The notes beneath the pieces are model-generated. The model saw only the letters and a program-made list of their open reading frames with translations, was not told where the DNA came from and made no database searches. 41,798 bases of DNA, taken from IMG/VR virus record IMGVR_UViG_3300048599_000900, positions 1-41,798 of that record; one strand, 5' to 3'. Positions 9,196-17,655 of this stretch are shown one piece after another (within the stretch, counting starts at the first letter, position 1; each line of letters begins with the position of its first letter). Origin of the DNA: a virus. Its lineage: Duplodnaviria; Caudoviricetes. The translations under genes were made by a program, and so were the position numbers.

Positions 9196-9642
9196 ATGCG
9201 CAAGGCGTTGGCGAGTATCGGGGTTCTGGTCGCGCTGACCGGATCGGCGGCGGCGCAAGGCGCCGTGGCGCTTGCCGGGCCGGTGGTGGCGGAGGTCGTG
9301 CGCGTCATCGACGGCGACACCGTGGAGGTGCGGGCGCGGGCATGGATCGACACCGAGGTGACGACGCGGGTGCGGCTGCTGGGCGTGGACACGCCGGAGA
9401 AAGGCAGCCGGGCGCGGTGCACGGCCGAAGCGAAGCTGGCGGATCGTGCGAGCGCGGCGACACGGGCGGCGCTGCCGGAAGGTGCGGCGGTGCTCCTGCG
9501 CGACATCCGGCCGGACAAGTACGGCGGGCGGGTAGTCGCGGCGATCGAGGGGCCGGATGGGCGCGACCTGGCGGCGGCGCTGCTCGATGCGGGATTGGCG
9601 CGACCCTACGACGGCGGGCGGAAGGCCGGATGGTGCGATTGA
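9196..9642 (+). CDS. Secreted thermonuclease (SNase family)
   Basis: Signal peptide ending AAA-Q; VIDGDT, VRLLGVDTPE, DKYGGR, GLAR.Y motifs. Confidence 0.92.
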   Translation: MRKALASIGVLVALTGSAAAQGAVALAGPVVAEVVRVIDGDTVEVRARAWIDTEVTTRVRLLGVDTPEKGSRARCTAEAKLADRASAATRAALPEGAAVLLRDIRPDKYGGRVVAAIEGPDGRDLAAALLDAGLARPYDGGRKAGWCD

Positions 9643-9648
9643 AGGCGG

Positions 9649-10338
9649 TTATTCGGGGCGCGAGCTGCGCACGACGAGGGCGGTGATCCTGCACGTCTTC
9701 CCGCCGTTGACCTTCAGCGGCGTCTGGTATCTGGGGTCGTCGGAGCACGGCCAGAGCCAGTAGGTTCCGTCCGCGTCTTTGCGGAGTTGCTTGACGGTCG
9801 ATTCGAACTCGCCGTGTTCGTTGACCTGCTCCGCGATCACATAGCGGCCCGGCTCCACGTCCACCGGCGCATGGATCAGGTGAACGCAGGCGAGAATGGT
9901 TCCCTCGGGGAACACCTTGTTCATCGAAGGCCCGCGCACCTCCAGGCCGAAGAGCGGGATGCCGGGATACCTTGGGTCCTCGGAAGGCATCGGGACGGTG
10001 TACCAGTCGCTTTCATCCCATTCGAGGGATTCCTTCCACACGCCGGCCTGCACCGCACCTCGAACCATGATGCCGGAGACATCGGCGGGGCGGAGAAGCG
10101 GGCGTCGATCCCCGACGAGCGAGAGCTTGCTGCCGATATGGGTGATGACTTCTTGTTCGGAAAGCTCCAGGTGGCGGGCGACGATTCCCACTTCGTCGGC
10201 TTTGATCTGCCGGGTCCCCTTGATGATGTTGGTGACCGCCGATCGGTCGACTCCGAGCGCAACCCCCAGCGAGGCTTGGGATTTTCCCAGCTCGGTAAGG
10301 CGCTGCTTGATCCAGGTGTGTTTGACGGCTTCTGACAT
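9649..10338 (-). CDS. CI-like repressor (HTH plus S24 peptidase)
   Basis: N-terminal HTH, AG cleavage site (VQAG), catalytic GPSM and TVK. Confidence 0.92.
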   Translation of the reverse strand: MSEAVKHTWIKQRLTELGKSQASLGVALGVDRSAVTNIIKGTRQIKADEVGIVARHLELSEQEVITHIGSKLSLVGDRRPLLRPADVSGIMVRGAVQAGVWKESLEWDESDWYTVPMPSEDPRYPGIPLFGLEVRGPSMNKVFPEGTILACVHLIHAPVDVEPGRYVIAEQVNEHGEFESTVKQLRKDADGTYWLWPCSDDPRYQTPLKVNGGKTCRITALVVRSSRPE

Positions 10339-10427
10339 GCTGTGATTTTCGCACATCCCGCGCCGCATCTCTGTTGAGATTGTCGCAACATCCCTGTTGA
10401 CATGCGTGTTGTGATTATCGCAACATC
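10339..10427. promoter_or_regulatory. OR operators with PR and PRM
   Basis: GCTGTGATTTTCGCACA (10339-55), GTTGAGATTGTCGCAAC (10373-89), GTTGTGATTATCGCAAC (10408-24). TTGACA (10397)-N17-GCAACATC. Confidence 0.87.
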
Positions 10428-10460
10428 CGGAAGTGTTCATCATCACTGGGGACGTCTCCC

Positions 10461-10694
10461 ATGGACGAAAAGGAAACCGAGGCCACCCGGATCATCCGCA
10501 AATGCGGGGGAACCACGGCGACCGCCAAGAGCGTGGGAAGCTCTCCCGCGTCCGTGAGCAAATGGAATGCCCCGCGCGCCAAGGGTGGAGCGGATGGCAA
10601 GGTCCCGGCCCGGCATGCGCTGGCTCTCCTAAAAATCGGCCTCATCGACATCGGCGACCTCGACGGTCCCGCTTCCGGCGGCGAGGCGGCGTGA
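10461..10694 (+). CDS. Cro-like antirepressor
   Basis: Divergent from cI; IIRKCGG...SVSKW...G.VP. Confidence 0.8.
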   Translation: MDEKETEATRIIRKCGGTTATAKSVGSSPASVSKWNAPRAKGGADGKVPARHALALLKIGLIDIGDLDGPASGGEAA

Positions 10695-10743
10695 TGCTGT
10701 CTTCCGTGCTTCATCACCGTGCCAGCCTGGGGAGTGCAACTCC

Positions 10744-11220
10744 ATGTTGAAGGCGCGGGAAATCACCAGGGACTTGACGGCGCAGCGGGTCGCCCGCGCG
10801 CTGCGACGCTACGTCGGGCGGGGGAAGGAATTCTCCTATTCCGAGTTCGCCGAGCTGACCGGACAGGATCAGCGCACCGTCGAGGCGCACTGCCGGGGCG
10901 AGAGCGCCCCGCATCTGTTCGTGTGGCTGAAGTACGCGGCGGTGCTGCCGCCCGCGTTCGCCGCCGAACTCATCGAAATCGTCGGCTTGATCGGGTTGCG
11001 CGAGGTCGGGGGAACGGCCACCGCGCAGGGCCTGCACGTGCTGGCCTGCGACCTCAACGCGATGCTCGCGCGGCACCTTGCCGACGGCCGCGTCGATCAC
11101 CGCGAGGCCGCCGAGCAGGAGCCGGTGGTCCGCGAGCTGCACGTCATGACCGGCGCGTGGCTGGAGCTTCATCAGCGGGGGGAGAGCCGTGGGGCGACGC
11201 CGCAAACTCCGGGAGATTAA
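10744..11220 (+). CDS. CII-like HTH regulator
   Basis: Follows cro; N-terminal HTH and C-terminal LADGRVDHRE motif. Confidence 0.6.
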   Translation: MLKAREITRDLTAQRVARALRRYVGRGKEFSYSEFAELTGQDQRTVEAHCRGESAPHLFVWLKYAAVLPPAFAAELIEIVGLIGLREVGGTATAQGLHVLACDLNAMLARHLADGRVDHREAAEQEPVVRELHVMTGAWLELHQRGESRGATPQTPGD

Positions 11221-11461
11221 GCCCGAACGCGCCTCGGCGGCCGACCGCATCGCCGGGCAGATCCTCAACGCCGCCATCCTGAAGGGGATGGAGGTCACCG
11301 CCGGGCCCCGCGAACCCAAGGGGTGCCGGTTCATCGAGGGAGACGTGCGCGGCGGCGACTGGCGGTTCTGCCAGAAGCCGCAGGAACCCGGTTCCCCCTA
11401 CTGCGCGGAGCACGGCGCACGGTGCTTCGTCCGTCAACCCAAGGAGACCACGGATGGGTGA
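11189..11461 (+). CDS. GcrA C-terminal-domain-like protein
   Basis: CRFIEGD....WRFC...EPGSPYCAEH matches the GcrA CRWPxGD..FC..PYCxxH pattern. Confidence 0.75.
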   Translation: MGRRRKLREIKPERASAADRIAGQILNAAILKGMEVTAGPREPKGCRFIEGDVRGGDWRFCQKPQEPGSPYCAEHGARCFVRQPKETTDG

Positions 11462-12224
11462 GAACGTGAAGCTGCTGTCGCCCGACGAGCTGCCGGAGGC
11501 CCTCAAGGCCGCCTTCGCCGGGCTGTACGACCTCGACTGCGAGATCGCCGACCTCAAGGCCGAGCACATCGAGCCGGTGACCGACAAGCGCACGTCGGCC
11601 TGGCGGCGGCTGAAGGCCTCGACCGGGATCAACCGGAAGGACCTGAAGCTCTACTTCGACATCTACAAGCGCGCCCGCGAAGCCGACGACATGGACGACG
11701 AGACCGAGGGCGAGGCGATCAAAGGCAACCTGCGCAGGCTGTTCGAGGCGTTGCGCGAGGGCGAGACGCTCGACTGGATCGGCGCCGTCGGCGAGACCGG
11801 CGAAGGGCCGGAAGAGCCCGACGACGGCGACGAAGAAGAGCCGCTCGCCGCTCAGGCGGACGACGAGGAGGACGCCACCGAGGGCGAAGACGACGACGCG
11901 GAGGAGGGCGACGCGATCGCCGCCGCCGGCGCGCCGCGTGCCGCCGCCGAGCACGCCGAACCCGGACCCGATGCCGACTGGGGCAAGGCCGAGGCCGACG
12001 CCTCCGACGCCGAGTTCGACGAGGCGGGCGCCTACTACAACATCGGCATGTCGGCGGGCAAGGAAGGCTCGACCCCCGACAACAACCCCTATCCCGAGGG
12101 CACCATCAAGGCCTCGGCGTGGGAGCGCGGCCGCAAGGCCGGGCTGAAGGCGGCGCGCCGCGCGCCGACCGTGATCCCGATGATGGCCGGGTTCTCCGGC
12201 ACCAGCACGGCGGCGGTGCAGTGA
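11454..12224 (+). CDS. GapR/DUF2312-like N-terminus, acidic linker, RMF-like C-terminus
   Basis: Helical N-terminus (LDCEIADLK...LKASTGINRKDLK); C-terminal YNIG..AGKEG....NPYPEG....AWERG. Confidence 0.55.
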   Translation: MGENVKLLSPDELPEALKAAFAGLYDLDCEIADLKAEHIEPVTDKRTSAWRRLKASTGINRKDLKLYFDIYKRAREADDMDDETEGEAIKGNLRRLFEALREGETLDWIGAVGETGEGPEEPDDGDEEEPLAAQADDEEDATEGEDDDAEEGDAIAAAGAPRAAAEHAEPGPDADWGKAEADASDAEFDEAGAYYNIGMSAGKEGSTPDNNPYPEGTIKASAWERGRKAGLKAARRAPTVIPMMAGFSGTSTAAVQ

Positions 12225-12529
12225 TGGCGGAATCCTTCAAAAGCTGGGCGGTGCTGGAGCTGATGGGCCACCGCCGCCTGATCGGGGAATGCGCCGAGGT
12301 CGATCTGGCCGGTGGCCGGATGGTCCGCGTGGACGTTCCCTCCGTCGCCGGGTCAGAGCCGTTCAGCCAGTTCTACGGCTCGGGCGCGATCTTCTGCCTC
12401 ACCCCGGTGAGCGAGGACGTGGCGCGTCGCCTGATCGAACGCGAGCGCCCCGAGCCGTTCTTCGCCTGGGAACTCCGGCAGGCGGCGCTTCCGGCACCCG
12501 AGGCCGACTTCGCCGAAGTCGAGGATTGA
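12224..12529 (+). CDS. Conserved hypothetical phage protein
   Basis: WAVLELMGHRRLIG...RVDVP...FYGSGAIFCLTP; TGATG coupling. Confidence 0.75.
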   Translation: MAESFKSWAVLELMGHRRLIGECAEVDLAGGRMVRVDVPSVAGSEPFSQFYGSGAIFCLTPVSEDVARRLIERERPEPFFAWELRQAALPAPEADFAEVED

Positions 12530-12539
12530 GGGGGAGACG

Positions 12540-12980
12540 ATGACGATCCTCGCCCTCGACCTCGGCACCCATACCGGCTGGGCCACCCGCTCCGGCGGCG
12601 TGGTCCTGTCGGGGGTGCAGAACTTCTCCGGCTCCCGCTACGACGGCGGAGGCATGAGGTTCCTGCGGTTCTCGCGCTGGCTCGACGAGGTGGGGGCGGA
12701 GGCCACCGAGGTGGTGTTCGAGGAGGTTCGCCGCCATGCGGGGACCGACGCGGCGCACATCTACGGCGGCTTCCTCGCCCTGCTCACCAAGTGGTGCGAG
12801 GAGTACGGCATTCCCTACCGGGGGATTCCCGTGCCGGTGATCAAGAAGCACGCCACCGGCAAGGGCAACGCGGACAAGGCCGCGATGATCGCCGCCGCGA
12901 TCGCCAGGGGCTGGGCGCCCGCCGACGACAACGAGGCCGACGCCCTCTGGATTCTCGACTGCGCGGGAGCCGGAAAATGA
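12540..12980 (+). CDS. RuvC-like Holliday junction resolvase
   Basis: ILALDLG..TGWA, VVFEEV, KKHATGKGNADK, DDNEADA. Confidence 0.85.
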   Translation: MTILALDLGTHTGWATRSGGVVLSGVQNFSGSRYDGGGMRFLRFSRWLDEVGAEATEVVFEEVRRHAGTDAAHIYGGFLALLTKWCEEYGIPYRGIPVPVIKKHATGKGNADKAAMIAAAIARGWAPADDNEADALWILDCAGAGK

Positions 12981-14422
12981 AGGCGCTGCGCTCCTACCAG
13001 GAAAAGAACGTCGCGGAAATCCTCGCGTGCCTGCAGAGGGGGGAATCGCCCCTCTACGTTCTCCCCACCGGCGGCGGCAAGACCGAGGTCTTCACCCGCG
13101 TCGTCGGCACGGTGGGCGACGCGGGCTGGAGCGCCGGAATTTTCGTCCACCGGAAGGAGCTGCTCCGGCAGGCGTCGCGGCGTCTCGCCGAGCTGGGAAT
13201 CGCGCACGGCGTGATCGCGCCGGGGTGCGAACTCACCTCGCACCGGGTGCACGTCGCCTCGATCGACACCGTGGGCGCCCGTCTCGAAGCCCTCACGCCC
13301 TGGCTGCGGAGCCTCTCCATCGCGATCGCCGACGAGGCGCACCACGCGGTGGCCAACAAGTGGAATCGCGTTCTCCAGTTGCCGCAGCAGCGCCTCGGGG
13401 TCACCGCGACGCCCTGCCGCACCGACGGCAAGGGGCTGGGGGACACCGGCCTGTTCCAGCGCATGGTGCGCGGTCCGGGGATCGCCGAACTCACCCGCGC
13501 CGGATATCTCGCGCCCGGCGTCGTCTATGCGCCGCCGACCGGCATCGACCTCTCGAAGGTGGCGCGGCGGGGCGGCGATTTCGTTCTCGGCCAGCTCGCC
13601 TCGGTGGTGGACACCGACGCCCTGACCCTGGCGGCCGTCCGCTGGTACGGGCGGAAGGCGATGGGGGAGCCCGCCGTGGTCTTTTGCACCACGGTCGATC
13701 ACGCCCGCCACGTCGCGGAGGTGTTCTGTTCGCACGGCTGGCTGGCGCGCTCGGTCGATGGCTCGATGCACGACGACGACCGCGACGCCGCGATCGGCGG
13801 TCTCGCCGACGGATCGGTCCAGGTGCTCACCTCGTGCGAGCTGATCGGCGAGGGCCTCGACATCCCGGCGGTGTCGGCGGCGATCCTGCTGCGGCCGACC
13901 GAAAGCACGAGCCTCTATCTCCAGCAGATCGGCCGTGCGCTCCGGCCGCACGAGGACAAGGACGCCGCCGTCGTCCTCGACCTGGTGGGCAACACCGCCC
14001 GCCACGGCATGTTCGACGCCGACCGGCAGTGGGATCTGCACTCGGGCCTGAAGGGGCTTGAACGCGCCGTCGCCGGAACCTGGAGGTGCCGCAAGTGCCA
14101 CCGGGTGCAGGGCCGCCCGGCGACCGACCGGGTGATGACGTGCAGTTGCGGCGCCACGCAGAAGACCAGCGGCTTCGCCTCCGCCGCCGTCGAGCGGCAT
14201 CCGCCGATCGCGGGGATCGAGGCGGATACCCTGCTCCGCATGAAGTTCAAGGACGCGGTGCCGTTGCTCAAGACGCTCGCCGACCTCGTGGCCTACGGCA
14301 CCCTCCGGGGCATGGATCACCCGCGCGGCTGGGCCCGCAACGTCATGGAACGGCGCGACCAGACCCGCGCCCGCTATCAGCCGTGCGGCGGCAGCCGTTA
14401 TGCGGCGGGAGGTCGGTGGTGA
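12977..14422 (+). CDS. Superfamily II DEAH helicase with C-terminal Zn ribbon
   Basis: PTGGGKT, DEAHH, TATP, GEGLDIP, QQIGRALR, CxxC. Confidence 0.93.
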   Translation: MKALRSYQEKNVAEILACLQRGESPLYVLPTGGGKTEVFTRVVGTVGDAGWSAGIFVHRKELLRQASRRLAELGIAHGVIAPGCELTSHRVHVASIDTVGARLEALTPWLRSLSIAIADEAHHAVANKWNRVLQLPQQRLGVTATPCRTDGKGLGDTGLFQRMVRGPGIAELTRAGYLAPGVVYAPPTGIDLSKVARRGGDFVLGQLASVVDTDALTLAAVRWYGRKAMGEPAVVFCTTVDHARHVAEVFCSHGWLARSVDGSMHDDDRDAAIGGLADGSVQVLTSCELIGEGLDIPAVSAAILLRPTESTSLYLQQIGRALRPHEDKDAAVVLDLVGNTARHGMFDADRQWDLHSGLKGLERAVAGTWRCRKCHRVQGRPATDRVMTCSCGATQKTSGFASAAVERHPPIAGIEADTLLRMKFKDAVPLLKTLADLVAYGTLRGMDHPRGWARNVMERRDQTRARYQPCGGSRYAAGGRW

Positions 14423-15072
14423 CCAGGAAGCCTCGGGCTCTCGACCTGTTCTGCGGGCAAGGCGGTGCGTCCATGGGATTGCACATGGCCGGGTTCGAGG
14501 TGGTCGGCGTCGATAACAAGCCGCAGCCGCGATATCCGTTCGCCTTCGTTCAGGGGGATGCCCTCAATCCCCCCTTTGACCTCGACGATTTCGACTTCAT
14601 CTGGGCGTCGCCGCATTGCCAGCCCTACACGCTGGCGCGGAACATGAAGTCCGTCCTGCCGAAACCGGAGCAAATTCCCCAGGTGCGGGAGTTGCTGAAG
14701 AGCGTTCGCGGCTTGACCTGCATCGAGAACGTTCCTCGGTCTCCTCTCCGGATTGATCTTCGGCTTGATGGATGGATGTTCCCTGAACTGAGGGTGATCC
14801 GGGAGCGTTGGTTCGAGCTGAACTTCTTCGTCCTGGCTCCGCCAGTCTCACGGCCGAAGGGGCTGTTGAGCGCCGGATACCTGTCGGTGATCGGCTCCGG
14901 CACACCTCCATACATGGTGGCGAAGGGAATTCGGTATGGCGTAAACGATTGCCGCCGCGCCATGGGAATCGACTGGATGAGCCGCTACGGCCTCTCCCAG
15001 GCCATCCCTCCCGCCTATTCGGAGTTCATCGGACGGGCCGCCCTGAAATATCTCGGGAGGGGGGCCGCATGA
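14419..15072 (+). CDS. Short C5-cytosine DNA methyltransferase
   Basis: LDLFCGQGG, ASPHCQ, IENV, R.R.FE, SQAIPP. Confidence 0.85.
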   Translation: MTRKPRALDLFCGQGGASMGLHMAGFEVVGVDNKPQPRYPFAFVQGDALNPPFDLDDFDFIWASPHCQPYTLARNMKSVLPKPEQIPQVRELLKSVRGLTCIENVPRSPLRIDLRLDGWMFPELRVIRERWFELNFFVLAPPVSRPKGLLSAGYLSVIGSGTPPYMVAKGIRYGVNDCRRAMGIDWMSRYGLSQAIPPAYSEFIGRAALKYLGRGAA

Positions 15073-15653
15073 CGAAGCCGGGGAACAACCATTATCCGAC
15101 GCCGCCCGAGGCGACCCGCGCGCTGCTGTCCGTCGAGGCCTTCCCCGGCGGCGTCTGGGAGCCCTGCGCGGGGTCGGGCGAGATGGCGGCGGTGCTGCGC
15201 GAGGCCGGGTGCACGGTGCGCGCCACCACCCTGGAGGAGGCGCAGTACGACCCGAGGCGGCCGAAGCACCGGGTCAAGGGTGGCGTCGATTTCCTCGGCG
15301 AGGCGGAGTCCGCGCACCCGAACATCGTCACCAACCCGCCCTACAACCGCGCCGAGGAGATCATCCGGCACGCCCTGTCGCTCCGCCCCGCCAAGGTGGC
15401 GATGCTGCTCAACATCGGCTTCCTCGGTGCCGAGTGCCGGGCGCGCGGATTGTGGATCGAGCACCCGCCGGCGCGGGTGTGGGTGATCGCCGACCGCATC
15501 ACGATGTACCCGGCCGACTACGAAGGGAAGAAGGGCTCCACCAACCAGACGCACGCCTGGTTCGTGTGGGAGTTGCCGCAGCGGCGTGGTGCGCCCGAGA
15601 TCGGCTGGGTTCTCGCCAAGGACTTCAAGGACGACGACGGGGGGCGGCGATGA
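15069..15653 (+). CDS. Amino (N6-A/N4-C) DNA methyltransferase
   Basis: YPTP, WEPCAGSG, DFL, VTNPPY. Confidence 0.85.
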   Translation: MTKPGNNHYPTPPEATRALLSVEAFPGGVWEPCAGSGEMAAVLREAGCTVRATTLEEAQYDPRRPKHRVKGGVDFLGEAESAHPNIVTNPPYNRAEEIIRHALSLRPAKVAMLLNIGFLGAECRARGLWIEHPPARVWVIADRITMYPADYEGKKGSTNQTHAWFVWELPQRRGAPEIGWVLAKDFKDDDGGRR

Positions 15654-15862
15654 CGGCGAAGCCCCGGCCCGCGATCTGCCCCGTCTGCCACGGCTCCGGC
15701 ACCGTCGTCAACGCGCACGGGCTCACCGACGCCTGCCCGCGCTGCGCGGTGATCGCCGAGCACGAGTACCAGATCGCGAAGCGCCGCGAGGCTCTCGACC
15801 GGCTCGGGGCGACCTCCGATCAGGTCGGAAAAATTAACATGGGCCGCGAGGTGAACCGATGA
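15650..15862 (+). CDS. Small zinc-finger protein
   Basis: CPVCHGSG...CPRC; ATGA overlaps at both ends. Confidence 0.7.
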   Translation: MTAKPRPAICPVCHGSGTVVNAHGLTDACPRCAVIAEHEYQIAKRREALDRLGATSDQVGKINMGREVNR

Positions 15863-16791
15863 CGGGCTTCGTCACCATCGAGCGGGCAATCCTCAAGAAC
15901 CCCAAGTTCCGGGGCAAGGACGACATCTACGCCGCGTTCTGGCTGATCTGTCAGGCGGCATGGCGGCCGACGGCGGTTCGCCCGGTCCGGTCGATGATCG
16001 AATTGCGGCGCGGACAGTGCGCCTTCGCGGTGTCGTTCCTCGCGCAGGCCTGGGAGTGTTCGAAGGCCACGGCACATGCCCGCCTGAGACATTTTGAGAA
16101 AATCGAATTTATCCGAACGGACGCCCGAACGGACTGCACGCTTATAACCATCTGCAATTACGACAAATATCAGCAGTCGCCGGACGCTGCCCGAACGCTC
16201 GACCGGACGGAGGCCGAACGCTCCCCGAACGCTGCCCGAACGAAGAAGAAAGAAGATAAACCAGTAGAACAAGAGGAAGAGGATGTAGGGGGTGACGCGC
16301 ACGCGCGCGACGCCGCTTCCGAACCCGATTCCCAAGCCGGGGCCGATCCGGCTCCCGCATCCTCGGGCACCGACCCGAAGAGCGAACGGGCGCGCACCGT
16401 CGTCGCCCACTTCCACCGGCTCCGGGACGAGGGGTGGCCCACCGAGGTCAAGTTCCCCGCTCCCGAACTCACCCTTCAGGCCCAGGCCGCCACCGTGCTG
16501 GCCCAACTGCCTCTCGCCACCGTGCTGGAGGTGATGACCGCCGAGAGCGGACGCGCCAGGGCCGTCGGCATGAAGGCGCCGAACTCGATCAAGGCCTTCG
16601 TTCACGCATTCGAGCGCGCCATCCGCGCGCAGCAGGGAGGAATCCATGAACTCGCCACTGGCTCTTCAGCCCCAGCAGGCCAACGGGCGTCTTGCGGCGA
16701 TGGAGCCGCGCGCGGTCGAAGACAGGCTGGCTCGATCGTTGCCATCACGCGCGAACTCCTGGCTTCGGCCGGAGATGCGGGAGGACGGTGA
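15859..16791 (+). CDS. Phage replication initiator (lambda O-like)
   Basis: GFV.I.R, LRRGQ, LA..W, TLITICNYDKYQ; internal iterons. Confidence 0.85.
   Translation: MTGFVTIERAILKNPKFRGKDDIYAAFWLICQAAWRPTAVRPVRSMIELRRGQCAFAVSFLAQAWECSKATAHARLRHFEKIEFIRTDARTDCTLITICNYDKYQQSPDAARTLDRTEAERSPNAARTKKKEDKPVEQEEEDVGGDAHARDAASEPDSQAGADPAPASSGTDPKSERARTVVAHFHRLRDEGWPTEVKFPAPELTLQAQAATVLAQLPLATVLEVMTAESGRARAVGMKAPNSIKAFVHAFERAIRAQQGGIHELATGSSAPAGQRASCGDGAARGRRQAGSIVAITRELLASAGDAGGR
16113..16285 (+). repeat. Replication origin: CCG(A/G)ACG iterons plus purine-rich tract
   Basis: Copies at 16113, 16125, 16180, 16191, 16203, 16214, 16225, 16236, followed by AAGAAGAAAGAAGATAAA. Confidence 0.8.
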
Positions 16792-17455
16792 CTTCGCCCG
16801 CTACGCTGTGGTCCCCGGCGCCGCCCTCGACGACGGCGACCGTCGCCAGCTCGCCGACGCGATCGCCCTGCACGAGCGCGCGTTGATGCCCGCGCCCGAA
16901 ACCGACGTGGTGGTGGAACTCGCCCGCCTGCGGGTGCTCACCCGCGCCGCGCAGGCCGGTGACGAGGATCTGAAGTTCGCGCAGCAGGTCTATGCCCGCG
17001 AGCTGTCGGCTTATCCGGCGGACGTGGTGCTGTCGGTGCTGCGGGACTGGCCCTCGCGCTCGATGTGGTGGCCCGCCTGGAAGGAACTCCACGACGACCT
17101 CGAACGCCTGACCCGCCGCCGGAAGAGCCGCCTCGAGGCGCTGCGCAAACTGGCGGACGGCGACGCGCCGCCGTCGATCGAGGAGGTTCGCGCGCGCCGG
17201 GAAGCCGAGAACGCCCGGCTGTCCGATCAGCGCCGCAGTCTCGCCGGGAAGTTCGTCGGCCTGTTCCGGCCGCAGCATCAGCCCACCGAGGCGCAGACCC
17301 TCGCGGCCTCCCTGCCGGAGGGCGATCGCGCCGAGTTCTGGCGGCTGATGATGGAGGAGGGGCACGACGCCGCGACCGCCGCCGCGACGGCGAAACAACC
17401 CCATGCGATGCCCGCCGGTGGCGAGGCCGCGCCGGTCGGGAGCGCCGCCGAATGA
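16646..17455 (+). CDS. Putative replication accessory / helicase-loader-like protein
   Basis: Position after the initiator; Y..EL..YPADVV...WWPAW.EL motif; RBS GGAGG. Confidence 0.55.
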   Translation: MNSPLALQPQQANGRLAAMEPRAVEDRLARSLPSRANSWLRPEMREDGDFARYAVVPGAALDDGDRRQLADAIALHERALMPAPETDVVVELARLRVLTRAAQAGDEDLKFAQQVYARELSAYPADVVLSVLRDWPSRSMWWPAWKELHDDLERLTRRRKSRLEALRKLADGDAPPSIEEVRARREAENARLSDQRRSLAGKFVGLFRPQHQPTEAQTLAASLPEGDRAEFWRLMMEEGHDAATAAATAKQPHAMPAGGEAAPVGSAAE

Positions 17456-17655
17456 CCCGCCTGCGCGCCCATTCGGCAGAAACCCGATACCGCCCGCCGC
17501 GCGCCGACGTGCTGCCGCTCGAACTGCGCCGGAAGGCGCTGGAGCGCGGCGTCGCCGTGGTGGTGCTTGAGGACGTGCACGACGACTGGACGCGACAGGC
17601 GATCTTCAACGAGAGCCGCCGCCAGGTCGAAACCGAGGGGGAATCCGACCGATGA
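17452..17655 (+). CDS. Hypothetical protein
   Basis: ATGA coupling at both ends. Confidence 0.65.
   Translation: MTRLRAHSAETRYRPPRADVLPLELRRKALERGVAVVVLEDVHDDWTRQAIFNESRRQVETEGESDR

Noticed and set aside
10339-10446. N-terminal extension of cI given in the ORF track
   Set aside because: It runs through the OR operators and PR promoter; the HTH begins after Met at 10338.
12540-15653. Restriction-modification system
   Set aside because: The nuclease is RuvC-like and the helicase is a typical phage enzyme; the methyltransferases appear to be orphans.
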